A stretch of DNA of 64,000 nt from the NCBI GenBank assembly GCA_041739995.1, contig JBGSMV010000080.1, positions 1 through 64,000 on the forward strand. The letters run 5' to 3'. A model generated the notes under the pieces. That model did no database searches. It worked only from the letters and a program-made list of their open reading frames with translations, and was not told the origin of the DNA. The DNA comes from Bdellovibrionota bacterium (GTDB lineage: Bacteria > Bdellovibrionota_C > UBA2361 > JBGSMV01). The position numbers were made by a program, and so were the translations under genes. Below are positions 19,606 to 29,678 of the stretch, one piece after another. Position 1 is the stretch's first letter. The number at the start of each line of letters is the position of its first letter.

Positions 19606-19932
19606 ATGAGCAACTCTTCAGCAATGAGCCGATTTTCGCCAGAGCGCGAAGAAGATCTTGAAGCCTATTCGCCAGTAAAAGCTGAGCGAAATCTTTTGGC
19701 TGCGGTACTTTCTCGTGCAATTTGCGATGCGTTTGGCACCGCTCACTGTGAGCGCCACGTAGTACGCAGTGCTCGTCAGTGGCTTTTTGGTAAACTAACT
19801 CCTAAGAAGCCTTTTAGCTTCGCGTGGGTTGCGCTGCATCTTGATCTCGATCCAGTGGCTCTTCAAGAAACACTGCGCGGCTATGAAAAAATGCCGGAAG
19901 AGTTTCAAGAGCGCCTCACTCTGCTTCGATAA
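19606..19932 (+). CDS. small helical hypothetical protein
   Basis: AGGAG RBS at 19591; pattern ERNLL.AVL.RAI.D...AR.W.F...FSF.W....L.LDP. Confidence 0.7.
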   Translation: MSNSSAMSRFSPEREEDLEAYSPVKAERNLLAAVLSRAICDAFGTAHCERHVVRSARQWLFGKLTPKKPFSFAWVALHLDLDPVALQETLRGYEKMPEEFQERLTLLR

Positions 19933-20369
19933 AGAGACTTCGCTAAGAAGGCTTCGCGCAGCACTGATTTCTTAGCACTACACCCGCTAACCCGGATTCG
20001 CCCTGACCCTGGCTGTGCTAAGGAAGCATACTCATTCAGCGTCTAGTGTTCCGAAGTCGAAGTTCATTGAAGTAACTTTCTCGCTGTTTTCGCTGAACTC
20101 CGTGTGTATCTCATTAAATATATTCACAAAGAGATCAGCGAGCGCGGCGAAAATTTTACCCTCAGCCACTAGAATTACGTCTCAGCTCATTTGACTCTGA
20201 TCAAACGTTTTCCCTCGGTCAGAAGCTCTCCACTTACGCCGCTAATGCAGACGATCATATAAAAACGCTGTGCCCTTGCTGACCAACTCAAAGACTGGTT
20301 TTCTCGAGGTAAATTAATCGACTCTGCGTATAGACCCAGGTCTGCGCGAATAGGAGACTCAAGCTCGGC

Positions 20370-23075
20370 ATGAATGAACAACCCACTGCTCCCGAGCACA
20401 CCAATTCGAGTTCGAACACTCAAGATCCAGAAGCTGCGCGTCTGATCGAGGATGCAGCCCGTACACACAACTGGAAACGCTGGGGCAGCTATCTCTCTGA
20501 TAGGCAGTGGGGCACCGTTCGCGAGGACTATTCGCCGGACGGAAGCTGTTGGGACTATTTCCCGCACGATCACTCCAGGAGCCGAGCGTACCGCTGGGGT
20601 GAGGACGGACTATTAGGCATCACCGATCGCGAATGTCGCCTGTGTTTCTCATTCGCCTTCTGGAATGGAAGCGATCCAATTCTTAAAGAGCGCCTCTTCG
20701 GACTCACTGGCAGCGAAGGCAACCACGGTGAAGACGTAAAGGAATGCTACTACTTTCTCGAAGCTACCCCGACCCATAGCTACATGCGGGCACTCTACAA
20801 ATACCCCCAAACTGAGTTCCCCTACGGCGGCTTAGCTGCAGAGAATCGCGCTCGCTCTCGCAATGATTCCGAGTTCGAGTTGATCAACACGGGGATCTTT
20901 GATGAACAGAAATATTTCGACATCTTTGTCGAGTACGCCAAGGCGGGACCGAATGACGTTCTGATCCGCCTAGTGGTCCACAATCGCGGCCCCACAGTCG
21001 CGCGCCTACATGCCCTTCCTACCCTTTGGTTTAGAAACAACTGGTCGTGGGGACGGGTCGGAGAGGGCTACGTACAGAAAAAACCATGCATCAATCTTCA
21101 TTCTCCAAACTCATTTATCACTACGCATGATTCGCTTGAACCGTTTTACCTCTATGCCGAGGAGCCTTCTGTTTCCTACCACCCAGTACCTCTATTCACC
21201 GAAAACGAGACTAATATACAGCGCCTCTTTGGCAGCCCACTCGCAAGTCCTTATGTAAAAGACTCTTTCCACGATTATGTGGTCCACGATCGAAAGGACG
21301 TGGTCAATCCTGAGCATGAGGGAAGTAAAGCGAGCTTCCATTCAAGCCATGATATTGAGTCCGGCCAAAGCCTCACTTTGCGTTTTCGCCTCTTCAATCA
21401 AGCTGAACAGCCCAGAGAAATATTCGGCTCCGCATTTGACCAGGCCTTTGAATCAAGACGCAAAGAATCAGATATTTTCTATAAAGAGCGCCTTCCCACG
21501 GGAGCGACGGATGAAGAACGGCAAATTGCACGCCAGTCATACGCCGGCCTACTTTGGTCCAAACAATTTTACTTCTATTCGGTGAGTGAGTGGCTTGAGG
21601 GCGATCCTACCCAACCGCCGACTGACCCAAAGCGGAAGAAGGGAAGGAACTCAGACTGGGCTCATCTCTATAACCGCGACGTTATTTCGATGCCCGACAA
21701 GTGGGAGTACCCCTGGTATGCCGCCTGGGATCTCGCCTTTCATATGGTACCGCTGTCTCGCATTGACCCAGAGTATGCCAAGGAGCAGTTACTGCTTTTT
21801 CTGCGCGAATGGTACATGCACCCAACCGGACAGATTCCGGCCTATGAATTCGCCCTTGGAGATGTAAATCCTCCGGTACACGCCTGGGCCTGCTGGCGTG
21901 TCTATAAGATCACAGGGGCCAAGGGAAAGCGTGACCGTGTATTTCTTGCGCGCGCATTTCAAAAGCTGCTGATCAATTTCACCTGGTGGGTGAACCGCAA
22001 GGACGTTGGCGGGAACAACCTGTTCTCCGGCGGATTCCTTGGCCTAGATAATATCGGCGTTTTTGATCGCGGCCAGCCAGTACCAGGCGGCGGAGTGCTT
22101 GAACAAGCTGACGCTACTGCATGGATGGCATTTTTCTGCGGCACGATGCTCTCGATGGCGCTAGAACTTGCATCAGAAGATCCTGCTTATGAAGACGTCG
22201 CTTCGAAGTTTTTCGAACATTTTATTTCAATCACTGATGCCATTAATAACTTCGGTGGTACCGGACTCTGGGACGAGACGGACGGCTTCTATTACGACCA
22301 ACGCCGGGTTGACTCTGAGGCTCATCCGCTGCGAATTCGCTCATTGGTAGGCGTGATTCCGATGTTGGCAGTAGAGGTACTTGAAGATGACGTGATCAAC
22401 AAACTGCCTGGGTTTAAAAAGCGCATGCAATGGTTCGTTGAGCATCGCGGCGATCTTGCGCGCCACATTTCATACCTGGTCTCAAGCGGTGAGCGCGTGC
22501 ACGAGCATCGTTTGCTTGCCATTCCCTCTAAGGAGCGCCTTTCAAGAGTTTTCCACTACCTCTTTAGTGAATCAGAGTTTCTAGCACCCTACGGGTTACG
22601 CTCGCTCTCCAAGATTCATTTGGAAAAACCGTTTGAGTTTCGCACGGATGGGCATGTAGCTTCCGTTGAGTATGTACCAGGAGAATCTCGAACCACTATG
22701 TTCGGTGGAAACTCTAACTGGCGTGGCCCGGTGTGGTTTCCGATCAACTACCTAGTAATCGAGGCACTGGAACGCTACTACCACTTCTACGGAGATAGCT
22801 TCCTTGTTGAGTACCCTACCGGCTCCGGTGTCCACCGTACGCTGCGTGATATTGCGAAAGATCTCTCGGCTCGCCACGTCGGCATTTTTCTTCCGAATGA
22901 TGCTGGATATCGCCCGTGCCACGGAAACGATCCTCGCTATGCGGAAGACCCACTTTGGAAGGACTTAGTGCTCTTCTATGAGTACTTCCATGGTGACAAT
23001 GCACGAGGCTGCGGAGCGAGCCACCAAACAGGTTGGACTTCGCTTGTTACTCGCTGCATAGAACGAAAGTACTGA
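20370..23075 (+). CDS. GH63-like (MGH1/mannosylglycerate hydrolase-like) glucosidase
   Basis: WG.YLS.RQWGTVREDYS, SMPDKWEYPWYAAWDLAFH, NSNWRGP.W.P.N, GASHQTGWT. Confidence 0.9.
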   Translation: MNEQPTAPEHTNSSSNTQDPEAARLIEDAARTHNWKRWGSYLSDRQWGTVREDYSPDGSCWDYFPHDHSRSRAYRWGEDGLLGITDRECRLCFSFAFWNGSDPILKERLFGLTGSEGNHGEDVKECYYFLEATPTHSYMRALYKYPQTEFPYGGLAAENRARSRNDSEFELINTGIFDEQKYFDIFVEYAKAGPNDVLIRLVVHNRGPTVARLHALPTLWFRNNWSWGRVGEGYVQKKPCINLHSPNSFITTHDSLEPFYLYAEEPSVSYHPVPLFTENETNIQRLFGSPLASPYVKDSFHDYVVHDRKDVVNPEHEGSKASFHSSHDIESGQSLTLRFRLFNQAEQPREIFGSAFDQAFESRRKESDIFYKERLPTGATDEERQIARQSYAGLLWSKQFYFYSVSEWLEGDPTQPPTDPKRKKGRNSDWAHLYNRDVISMPDKWEYPWYAAWDLAFHMVPLSRIDPEYAKEQLLLFLREWYMHPTGQIPAYEFALGDVNPPVHAWACWRVYKITGAKGKRDRVFLARAFQKLLINFTWWVNRKDVGGNNLFSGGFLGLDNIGVFDRGQPVPGGGVLEQADATAWMAFFCGTMLSMALELASEDPAYEDVASKFFEHFISITDAINNFGGTGLWDETDGFYYDQRRVDSEAHPLRIRSLVGVIPMLAVEVLEDDVINKLPGFKKRMQWFVEHRGDLARHISYLVSSGERVHEHRLLAIPSKERLSRVFHYLFSESEFLAPYGLRSLSKIHLEKPFEFRTDGHVASVEYVPGESRTTMFGGNSNWRGPVWFPINYLVIEALERYYHFYGDSFLVEYPTGSGVHRTLRDIAKDLSARHVGIFLPNDAGYRPCHGNDPRYAEDPLWKDLVLFYEYFHGDNARGCGASHQTGWTSLVTRCIERKY

Positions 23076-23103
23076 CGGACGTGCGAAGGTCTCGGAACCG
23101 CCC

Positions 23104-24312
23104 TTACGGCTCAAAAACTGAGCGGCGACGTGCGAAGAAATTTGAATGGTTCTTTGGATCGTCAGCAGGATGATGAAATGCGTAGAGGCAGGTTGGCAGC
23201 ACTCTCTTCCAGTTCTCCGGATCGTATCCGCCCTCTAACACGCCGCCATGCCGCGCCTCAGGAAAGAGCAACCGAAGCCCTCGAATGAGGGTATAGAAAG
23301 AGCCCGGGACATGCCCCAAACCGCCGAGCCAGTCACCGGCAGCCGAGTCAATGCCAAGTGACCATAGGATCACGTCAGGCTTAAACTCTTTGATCTTTGG
23401 AAGGACCTTATCTGTGAAGGTATCCACGAGTACCTCAGGTGAGGTTTTGGGAAAGCGCTGTTCGATAATGTTATCAGCCTGCACGATTGGGTAGGCCACT
23501 GCACCAATCGATGCATCATCCCTTCGGTAAGGATACTCTTTACCAGAGTTACTGAGCGCTCCCGTCTTTGGATCAATGTCATGATCTACATATTGCTTGA
23601 GGCGCTCGTCGTAAGCAGCTACGTAATCCAAATCAACTAGAAGAATGTCCCTTTGGTTCGCAAGAGCGGATCTCGTACCGTTGCCGGCATGGTGATCAAT
23701 ATCAATTACCAAAACTCGATTGGACGATTCTGGTCTTACCTGTTGGGGGCGGTCCCGGGCGTACCGAGCAGCCACCGCCACATTATTAAGATAACAAAAC
23801 CCCATAGCTCCATCGGGCTCGGCGTGGTGTCCGGGCGGCCACACCAGAGCAAACCCAGTTTGGTTCGCCTCTTCAAGAATATGATCCACCATCTCAAGAG
23901 ACGCTCCCACGGCACTGCACGCTGCTTCATAGGTTCCAGCCGAAATACCCGCCTCCCGACCGAATTCAATAACTCCCACTTGCGTTCGAGCTACCCGATC
24001 TCGCTCTGCAAATTTATCTAGGTATTCAGACGTGTGTGCGAGCTCAAGCTCCGCACGTGACACGCTCCTCACACTCTCCACCATCACGATGGGGGTGATT
24101 TCAGCACTAGTTCCTGCGGCCAAGAGAGAGGGAGCTATCGATGCAGTCCCTTGGGGCGCTGCCTGTTCTGTGAGAGTGGTAAGTTCTCGGGCCGCCCTTA
24201 GGGTACCCTCTAGCTTAGCTGCACAGTCAAAGGTGTCCTGCGGGTTATCCCGATCAGGATTTCCCTGATGCCTTCGCCCAAGAGTTTCATTGGTGAGAAT
24301 CTTAAGGCCCAT
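23104..24312 (-). CDS. histone deacetylase family (zinc-dependent amidohydrolase)
   Basis: PPGHHA, GFCYLNN, DIDHHAGNG, SLGID, LEGGY. Confidence 0.9.
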   Translation of the reverse strand: MGLKILTNETLGRRHQGNPDRDNPQDTFDCAAKLEGTLRAARELTTLTEQAAPQGTASIAPSLLAAGTSAEITPIVMVESVRSVSRAELELAHTSEYLDKFAERDRVARTQVGVIEFGREAGISAGTYEAACSAVGASLEMVDHILEEANQTGFALVWPPGHHAEPDGAMGFCYLNNVAVAARYARDRPQQVRPESSNRVLVIDIDHHAGNGTRSALANQRDILLVDLDYVAAYDERLKQYVDHDIDPKTGALSNSGKEYPYRRDDASIGAVAYPIVQADNIIEQRFPKTSPEVLVDTFTDKVLPKIKEFKPDVILWSLGIDSAAGDWLGGLGHVPGSFYTLIRGLRLLFPEARHGGVLEGGYDPENWKRVLPTCLYAFHHPADDPKNHSNFFARRRSVFEP

Positions 24313-24525
24313 ACTATCCCTAAGACGCTTTATCCGCTTTCATTGGTGCACAAAGAGTACCAGGTCGAGAATTGCTACTAAACTGGAGACGAGAAAAACG
24401 TGGGGATTCAGAGCCTTGTATACTAAGCCAGAAGCCCGACAGCAGCAGAATCTCCGTATGAGCTCTGCATGACGCGTTCTACGGCACGCGGTAGCAAAAA
24501 AATAAAGCGAGATTCATGCTTGCCA

Positions 24526-24585
24526 CTACTGGGCGGAACTCTACTGGGCAGAGCACTACTGGGCAGAGCACTACTGAGCAGAGCA
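24526..24585. repeat. 15-bp tandem repeat, about 4 copies (CTACTGGGCAGAGCA)
   Basis: Copies start at 24526 (degenerate), 24541, 24556 and 24571; overlaps the stop codon of the Cys-rich gene. Confidence 0.9.
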
Positions 24586-25440
24586 CTGTGGGCATTCCAC
24601 CCTTTGTCGTCCATTAAATGCGAAGAATCCATTTGACGAAAACAACCCGTCACGCAATCCAAAGCCGCAGAACACTCGACACATTTTCGCACCTGCAAGA
24701 GGAGGCTCCATCACCGGGTACTGCGCAAGGCCGGGGAGCACTGCCTCAGTCTTGCCCCTCCGTCTGAACGAGCATAATCCACATTCAGCGGCTACAAGTT
24801 GTGGCTTTCTACATTCACCAGTACTCGTAGTGCAATTTTCAAATGGCTCACAAGAAATTCTCTCAAACTCATCTCGGATCTGGCCGTCGCAGCGCCTCTT
24901 TGCTGGTGGACAATGCGCTGATCCGTGGGTCACTTCGCTCTTTGCCTTTAACTGAAGCTCGGCACACGTCGCGCCTTCGACCCCAAAACATGCCCTCAGC
25001 GCGTTTGAATAGGCAGGAGAGTTCCCAGTGCCACAGCTATTCATCTCTAGGTTACAGCGTGAACCAAATTTTCTTCGAATCTCTATGTCCGACGTAGTAC
25101 ATTCCATTTCCCCTAGTGGTATTGCTCTCGAATCAAAGGAACAATCTATGGCTCCAGGAAACATATCTTTAGGCAAACCCTTCCACGCGGAGCAGTCAGT
25201 CGAAGGTATCCCTTCCCGGTCAAGCACATCCTTTGCGGTGCACCAACCTTCGCCAGAAATCGTCTTGCGGGAGACACAACCCGCTCTTCCTGCAGGACAA
25301 CAATGTAGATTATAGCTCGAATCTCCGACTGCTTCAGCGGTCACTTCTGCGCTGCTCTCCCAGGTCGGTGCGGCATGGGCATAATTAGCAACAATGTGAA
25401 AAAGCAATGCGAAGGTCACCAGACTTCTAGGCGCTCTCAT
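24571..25440 (-). CDS. secreted cysteine-rich hypothetical protein
   Basis: Signal peptide ending AHA; 22 Cys counted in 289 aa. Confidence 0.75.
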   Translation of the reverse strand: MRAPRSLVTFALLFHIVANYAHAAPTWESSAEVTAEAVGDSSYNLHCCPAGRAGCVSRKTISGEGWCTAKDVLDREGIPSTDCSAWKGLPKDMFPGAIDCSFDSRAIPLGEMECTTSDIEIRRKFGSRCNLEMNSCGTGNSPAYSNALRACFGVEGATCAELQLKAKSEVTHGSAHCPPAKRRCDGQIRDEFERISCEPFENCTTSTGECRKPQLVAAECGLCSFRRRGKTEAVLPGLAQYPVMEPPLAGAKMCRVFCGFGLRDGLFSSNGFFAFNGRQRVECPQCSAQ

Positions 25441-25632
25441 GTAGGATTCCTCTCCTTAAGTTTCATGGACAAACGAAGCTATCACACTTCGAGAATCTAC
25501 ACATGCTACGCTATTGAAATGACTACGCTTAGACAATCCAATCCTGGTAGGGCAGCCCGTGAGCCCTTTTTAGTCACCCTACTACTCGTTTCAACGCATA
25601 ACTAAAAAGAATTCTAGCGTTGAGACATCGAG

Positions 25633-26598
25633 ATGAGCCTAGAGCCGGTTCCGTCCAATTTTCAGGAAAAATCGGAGCGATTAGAGCTGCCTACTCCCAA
25701 ACAAAACGGGATGGATGCTGCTTCGCTTTTGCTTCGTCCGATCTCCGAGCTCTTCAGCCTTGCACAGCAGCACGCCACTCGTTCGAACTTCGCAGCAAAA
25801 GAATTCATTTATGAACAAGTCATCCGCCTGCATCCCGAAGCTACTCCGCTCGATATCACTCGGCTGGATATTGCTGCTGCTGACCGTCAGCGACGCTCTG
25901 GGAATAGTGATGTCGCCCTCCTTGCTCTCGAAAAAATAAAGCTCCCTGCTGAACCTAACCAAAAGGACCCTTCAGCGTGGGCAACGGCGAACTGCGATCT
26001 TCTTGCCGCAAAGGCCTGGGCGCTCTTCCACTCATCTTGCCAAGATGGCGATGCGACCAAACTTAGATCGGCGGTATTGGTCGCTGACGAAGCTGCTATT
26101 TTTGCAAAAGAACACCGCTATGTGTTGCCAGCGGAGCGACTTTGCCAAGCACTTGAGGGCGCTATCGGAGTTCGAGTTTCTGGTCGGGTTGAGCTTGATG
26201 CGGTTGCTCCGAGGCTACAAGAGTATCGCGTAGCGCTTATGCTGATAGATGACGCGCATTTAAGGAGCAGGGCTTTAAACCAGTACTTCGCCGTACAGAC
26301 GGAGACGCATCTCATGCAATCCAATCACACCGCGGCAATCGAAACTAGCACTGCCTACCTCAAGGCCGCTGAAGAGGAACTAGGGGGCTATTACAAACTT
26401 GGAGCCGCGATTCAGTATTTAGTGGCCCTACACAGAGCCGCTCACCCAGATCTTCACTCCACCCGCGCTCTGGGACTTGCCGAGTATGTGGCAGAAATGA
26501 CTGCAAGCGAGCCAAATACTCGAGATATCTACTTAGGGTACTTGAGCGAATTGGCGGGCAAGTTCGACTGCATCGCAGTCAGCCTTAAAGCGCATTAA
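25633..26598 (+). CDS. hypothetical alpha-helical (TPR-like) protein
   Basis: 321-aa Ala/Leu-rich ORF with helical-repeat character. Confidence 0.6.
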   Translation: MSLEPVPSNFQEKSERLELPTPKQNGMDAASLLLRPISELFSLAQQHATRSNFAAKEFIYEQVIRLHPEATPLDITRLDIAAADRQRRSGNSDVALLALEKIKLPAEPNQKDPSAWATANCDLLAAKAWALFHSSCQDGDATKLRSAVLVADEAAIFAKEHRYVLPAERLCQALEGAIGVRVSGRVELDAVAPRLQEYRVALMLIDDAHLRSRALNQYFAVQTETHLMQSNHTAAIETSTAYLKAAEEELGGYYKLGAAIQYLVALHRAAHPDLHSTRALGLAEYVAEMTASEPNTRDIYLGYLSELAGKFDCIAVSLKAH

Positions 26599-26603
26599 CC
26601 AGC

Positions 26604-29546
26604 TCAACCCACCTGCAACAGGTAGCTCACGTCGAACTCATCGTTATCCTCGGAGCCGTTGTACTGCACGGCCGTCACCAGTCGAGCCCCCTGGGCATAG
26701 AACAATCCAATCAGCTCGTGCTCCGAAAACCGAAGCTCTACCGTTTCCACTCCGTAAGCCTTCTTCAAAAACTGGTGGGTCGCTCGTTTTCTACAAACGG
26801 GCGTTCGGTGAACCAGAATCAAATCGCTTGAAACACGGACGGTTTCGCGAATATGTGCGTCGTAGTTTGGAACATGCAATAGCACACATCCTGAGATCAC
26901 TATTCGGAATGACTTGTCGGGAAACGGCAGTGCGGCACCATCAGCAACTTCGAAGGTTGCCTTTGGATATAGCTCTTTGGCCATTGCCACCATTCCTGGC
27001 GAATAGTCGACTCCAGTGTAATTGAGCCGACGATTGAGCAGATATTCAAGAGCTTCGTAGTAGTAACCGCTCGAACACCCAATCTCTAGGACACTGTCAA
27101 AGTTGCGAACTCGCCCTTTGAGTAACTCAGTGGCAACTGCAAAGGGGGTTGGCGCCTTACCTTTGTAAAGGGATTCCAGCTCGCTCTCCACTAAAGCGCG
27201 CTGTTTGTCAGGTATGGTTGAATCCTGCCAAGCAGAGGTGTGCTGTTTACTCACTTCGTTCGCAGAAATCGGCTTATAGTCGTAGGAAATAAGCCGTAGA
27301 TCAGGAGCGGCATATGTCCTCACGCCCTGCCGACGGTCAAGGAGTCGAGAGAGCAGCTCTGCAGTTTGTGCGAGCCTATTCGTATACGTATGCTGCGTTA
27401 GAGTTCTTTGCTGCCCTGCAGCAGCGATGCGTGCTGCTTCTTCCGAGTGTGTTGAGTAATAATTCACTAGTTCGACGCACTCTTCTGGCGAGCGATAGGT
27501 AACAATTTCTTTTCCAACTTCAAACAACTCGCCCAGATTGTCCTTGTGGTCTGTAATAAGAAGTGCACCGCATCCGGTTGCCTCGAACAGCCTCATATTA
27601 TTGGCATATCGCGTAGTAATAACTTCCTGTTCGTTCGCCACCATTGGTCCTCTGCACCCTGTGACCTCACCATGCACATTGACCGTGAGTTTCGATCGAG
27701 AAAGAGTGTCGAACATCGAGAGTCCCCAAGCTTCCCCTTGATATCGAGGAACGATTGGAGACTGCGGTGAGATTCCCTGAATACCCATGCCCCAAAATTG
27801 AATGGGAGTATGAGCAGCCAGCGTGTCTAACAGTAGGGCGCGCTCTTTATGAACGCGGGAGGAAAGACTTCCCACAAACGAGCACGTTATCGGTCGGTCC
27901 AGAAAGGGCGGATTGGTAATATGAGAAAGTACGGAAGGGTCAAACGCGAGCGGCTGATAGTATGATATAATTCCGAGCTCCCTAAACCACGCAATAAATT
28001 GTTCAAAGGAACTTACTAGAACATCATAAGCGTCGAACGGAATATTTCCGGCAGAAGAAGCAATCTGACCAGCGATTAGCGAAGTATGGTTTCGCAATTC
28101 CGCAAGCGTCTGCCGATTAAGGCCGTGCATATCCTGGCAGTAGATCACATCAGGAGCGAAACGCCGCACCTGCTCGAGCATAATCGTATTTAGGTCGAGT
28201 GCTCTTCCTGGGGGCATGTTTTCGCCTGCCCATGCGGCTTGCAGTGCGGGTGAATTGACTATCAGGTTCTCTGCTTCCCATCCTGCAGCACGCATTCCGT
28301 CAGAGTAGAAGGAGCTGTCACCAAAGGCTTGCGCTTGAAGATCTGCCAGTTGCTCTTGGTAGCCAAGCGCTGCGACGTGTGGATTCGCAAGGTAATAGCG
28401 CTCAAGAAAGGCATCGTAGTAGGTGTTAATAAATAGGCAGCGATACTTGCCGTGCGACGAAGAATTCGCCCGAGAGGTTGCCCGAGAGTTTGATGGAGAC
28501 TTCTGAGCAGGTATGAAGTCTATTCCTTCAGGATAGAAACACTCCCAGTGCTCGTCAATCGAAAGATGTTTATGTGAAATTCCGGACTCGTTCAGTGCTG
28601 GTATCAGCTCCTTCACCGCCAAAATTACTTGAGCCGGATCAATCGAATAGGAAGCCTTTGACATGCCGTGGTTAAAGCTCGCGTCCACCTTCGTCACCAG
28701 CTGAAACGAAAAATGTAGCTCCCTAAGATATGGCGCGACAGTAAGCTGTACGATATCTAGGCGGGTTCGATATCCAGCGTCAGCGGGGAAAGCCAAAAAT
28801 GGATGGATGAATTGGAAAGAGTGGAAGTGAAAGAAGACTATCGGTTGTCCATTCACTGTGGGGCAAGTGCTGCTTCCCGCAAAGTTATACTGCTCTTGAT
28901 TCCAAGGAGCGGTTCCAACGCCAAGATGCTGAGAGATTGTGATGCCAGAAAAACGTGTCGGCCAGTCGGTGAGATATCCCTGGTCGCCCATTTTGCCGTT
29001 TTCTGAGTGTGCATAGCACCACTCAATGCAACGCTCCCGCCACCAGCGAACCACTTCGAGCCCAGCTTCACTGTTTCGAAAACAGAGCAGTCCTACATTG
29101 AACCTTCCATTCTTCTCGAGATGCGCGTGCCGAGGAGAGAATCGGTGCTCATGAATCAGTACCTGAGAGCTTCCAAGTTCCTGATAGATTGGCTCTGGTG
29201 AGGAGAAGAAAAAGAGATCCGCATCGAGGTACGTGAGCACATCGATCTCAGGATTTCGTTCAAGCACGCGCAGTATGATGGTTGGCGTCGTTGTCCAAAG
29301 ATATTCGACCGCTGTGCGATTAGCCTTGCAACTGACCAGGGCGTCATCCCCAGCCTCAATATCCCGCAGTGCAATCGGGACTACTCCTGGAATCGACAGC
29401 TTTTCAAGCAAGTCGCGGGTGAGGTCATCAAAACACACTATGAAAATAGTAGGTGGAGAAGCGGAGTGCCCAATAAGCGACCGAATCATCGTGAGACCCT
29501 TCACGAAGTAGTTCCGGTCAAAATATGTACAGAAATAGCGTTTCAT
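26604..29546 (-). CDS. three-domain fusion: GT-A glycosyltransferase, CgeB-like GT-B glycosyltransferase, class I SAM methyltransferase
   Basis: YFCTYFD.NY, YLDADL and DQ.YL..WP; NNMRLFEATGCG..L.TD and HTY.NR; VLEIGCSSGYY and GVDYS. Confidence 0.85.
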   Translation of the reverse strand: MKRYFCTYFDRNYFVKGLTMIRSLIGHSASPPTIFIVCFDDLTRDLLEKLSIPGVVPIALRDIEAGDDALVSCKANRTAVEYLWTTTPTIILRVLERNPEIDVLTYLDADLFFFSSPEPIYQELGSSQVLIHEHRFSPRHAHLEKNGRFNVGLLCFRNSEAGLEVVRWWRERCIEWCYAHSENGKMGDQGYLTDWPTRFSGITISQHLGVGTAPWNQEQYNFAGSSTCPTVNGQPIVFFHFHSFQFIHPFLAFPADAGYRTRLDIVQLTVAPYLRELHFSFQLVTKVDASFNHGMSKASYSIDPAQVILAVKELIPALNESGISHKHLSIDEHWECFYPEGIDFIPAQKSPSNSRATSRANSSSHGKYRCLFINTYYDAFLERYYLANPHVAALGYQEQLADLQAQAFGDSSFYSDGMRAAGWEAENLIVNSPALQAAWAGENMPPGRALDLNTIMLEQVRRFAPDVIYCQDMHGLNRQTLAELRNHTSLIAGQIASSAGNIPFDAYDVLVSSFEQFIAWFRELGIISYYQPLAFDPSVLSHITNPPFLDRPITCSFVGSLSSRVHKERALLLDTLAAHTPIQFWGMGIQGISPQSPIVPRYQGEAWGLSMFDTLSRSKLTVNVHGEVTGCRGPMVANEQEVITTRYANNMRLFEATGCGALLITDHKDNLGELFEVGKEIVTYRSPEECVELVNYYSTHSEEAARIAAAGQQRTLTQHTYTNRLAQTAELLSRLLDRRQGVRTYAAPDLRLISYDYKPISANEVSKQHTSAWQDSTIPDKQRALVESELESLYKGKAPTPFAVATELLKGRVRNFDSVLEIGCSSGYYYEALEYLLNRRLNYTGVDYSPGMVAMAKELYPKATFEVADGAALPFPDKSFRIVISGCVLLHVPNYDAHIRETVRVSSDLILVHRTPVCRKRATHQFLKKAYGVETVELRFSEHELIGLFYAQGARLVTAVQYNGSEDNDEFDVSYLLQVG

Positions 29547-29678
29547 TTTCGGGCCCGCGCTCTAGATATGAATTATGACTCTCAATTCCTATAAAAGGTT
29601 ACAGATTTCACTATCGACGGTCGTCGCTTCGACATCTAAATTCGGCAAGGAAGTCGTAGGCCGAATAGAGGGAGTTTT

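Noticed and set aside
24526..24585. 15-bp repeats as a CRISPR array
   Set aside because: Contiguous short units with no spacers and no cas genes
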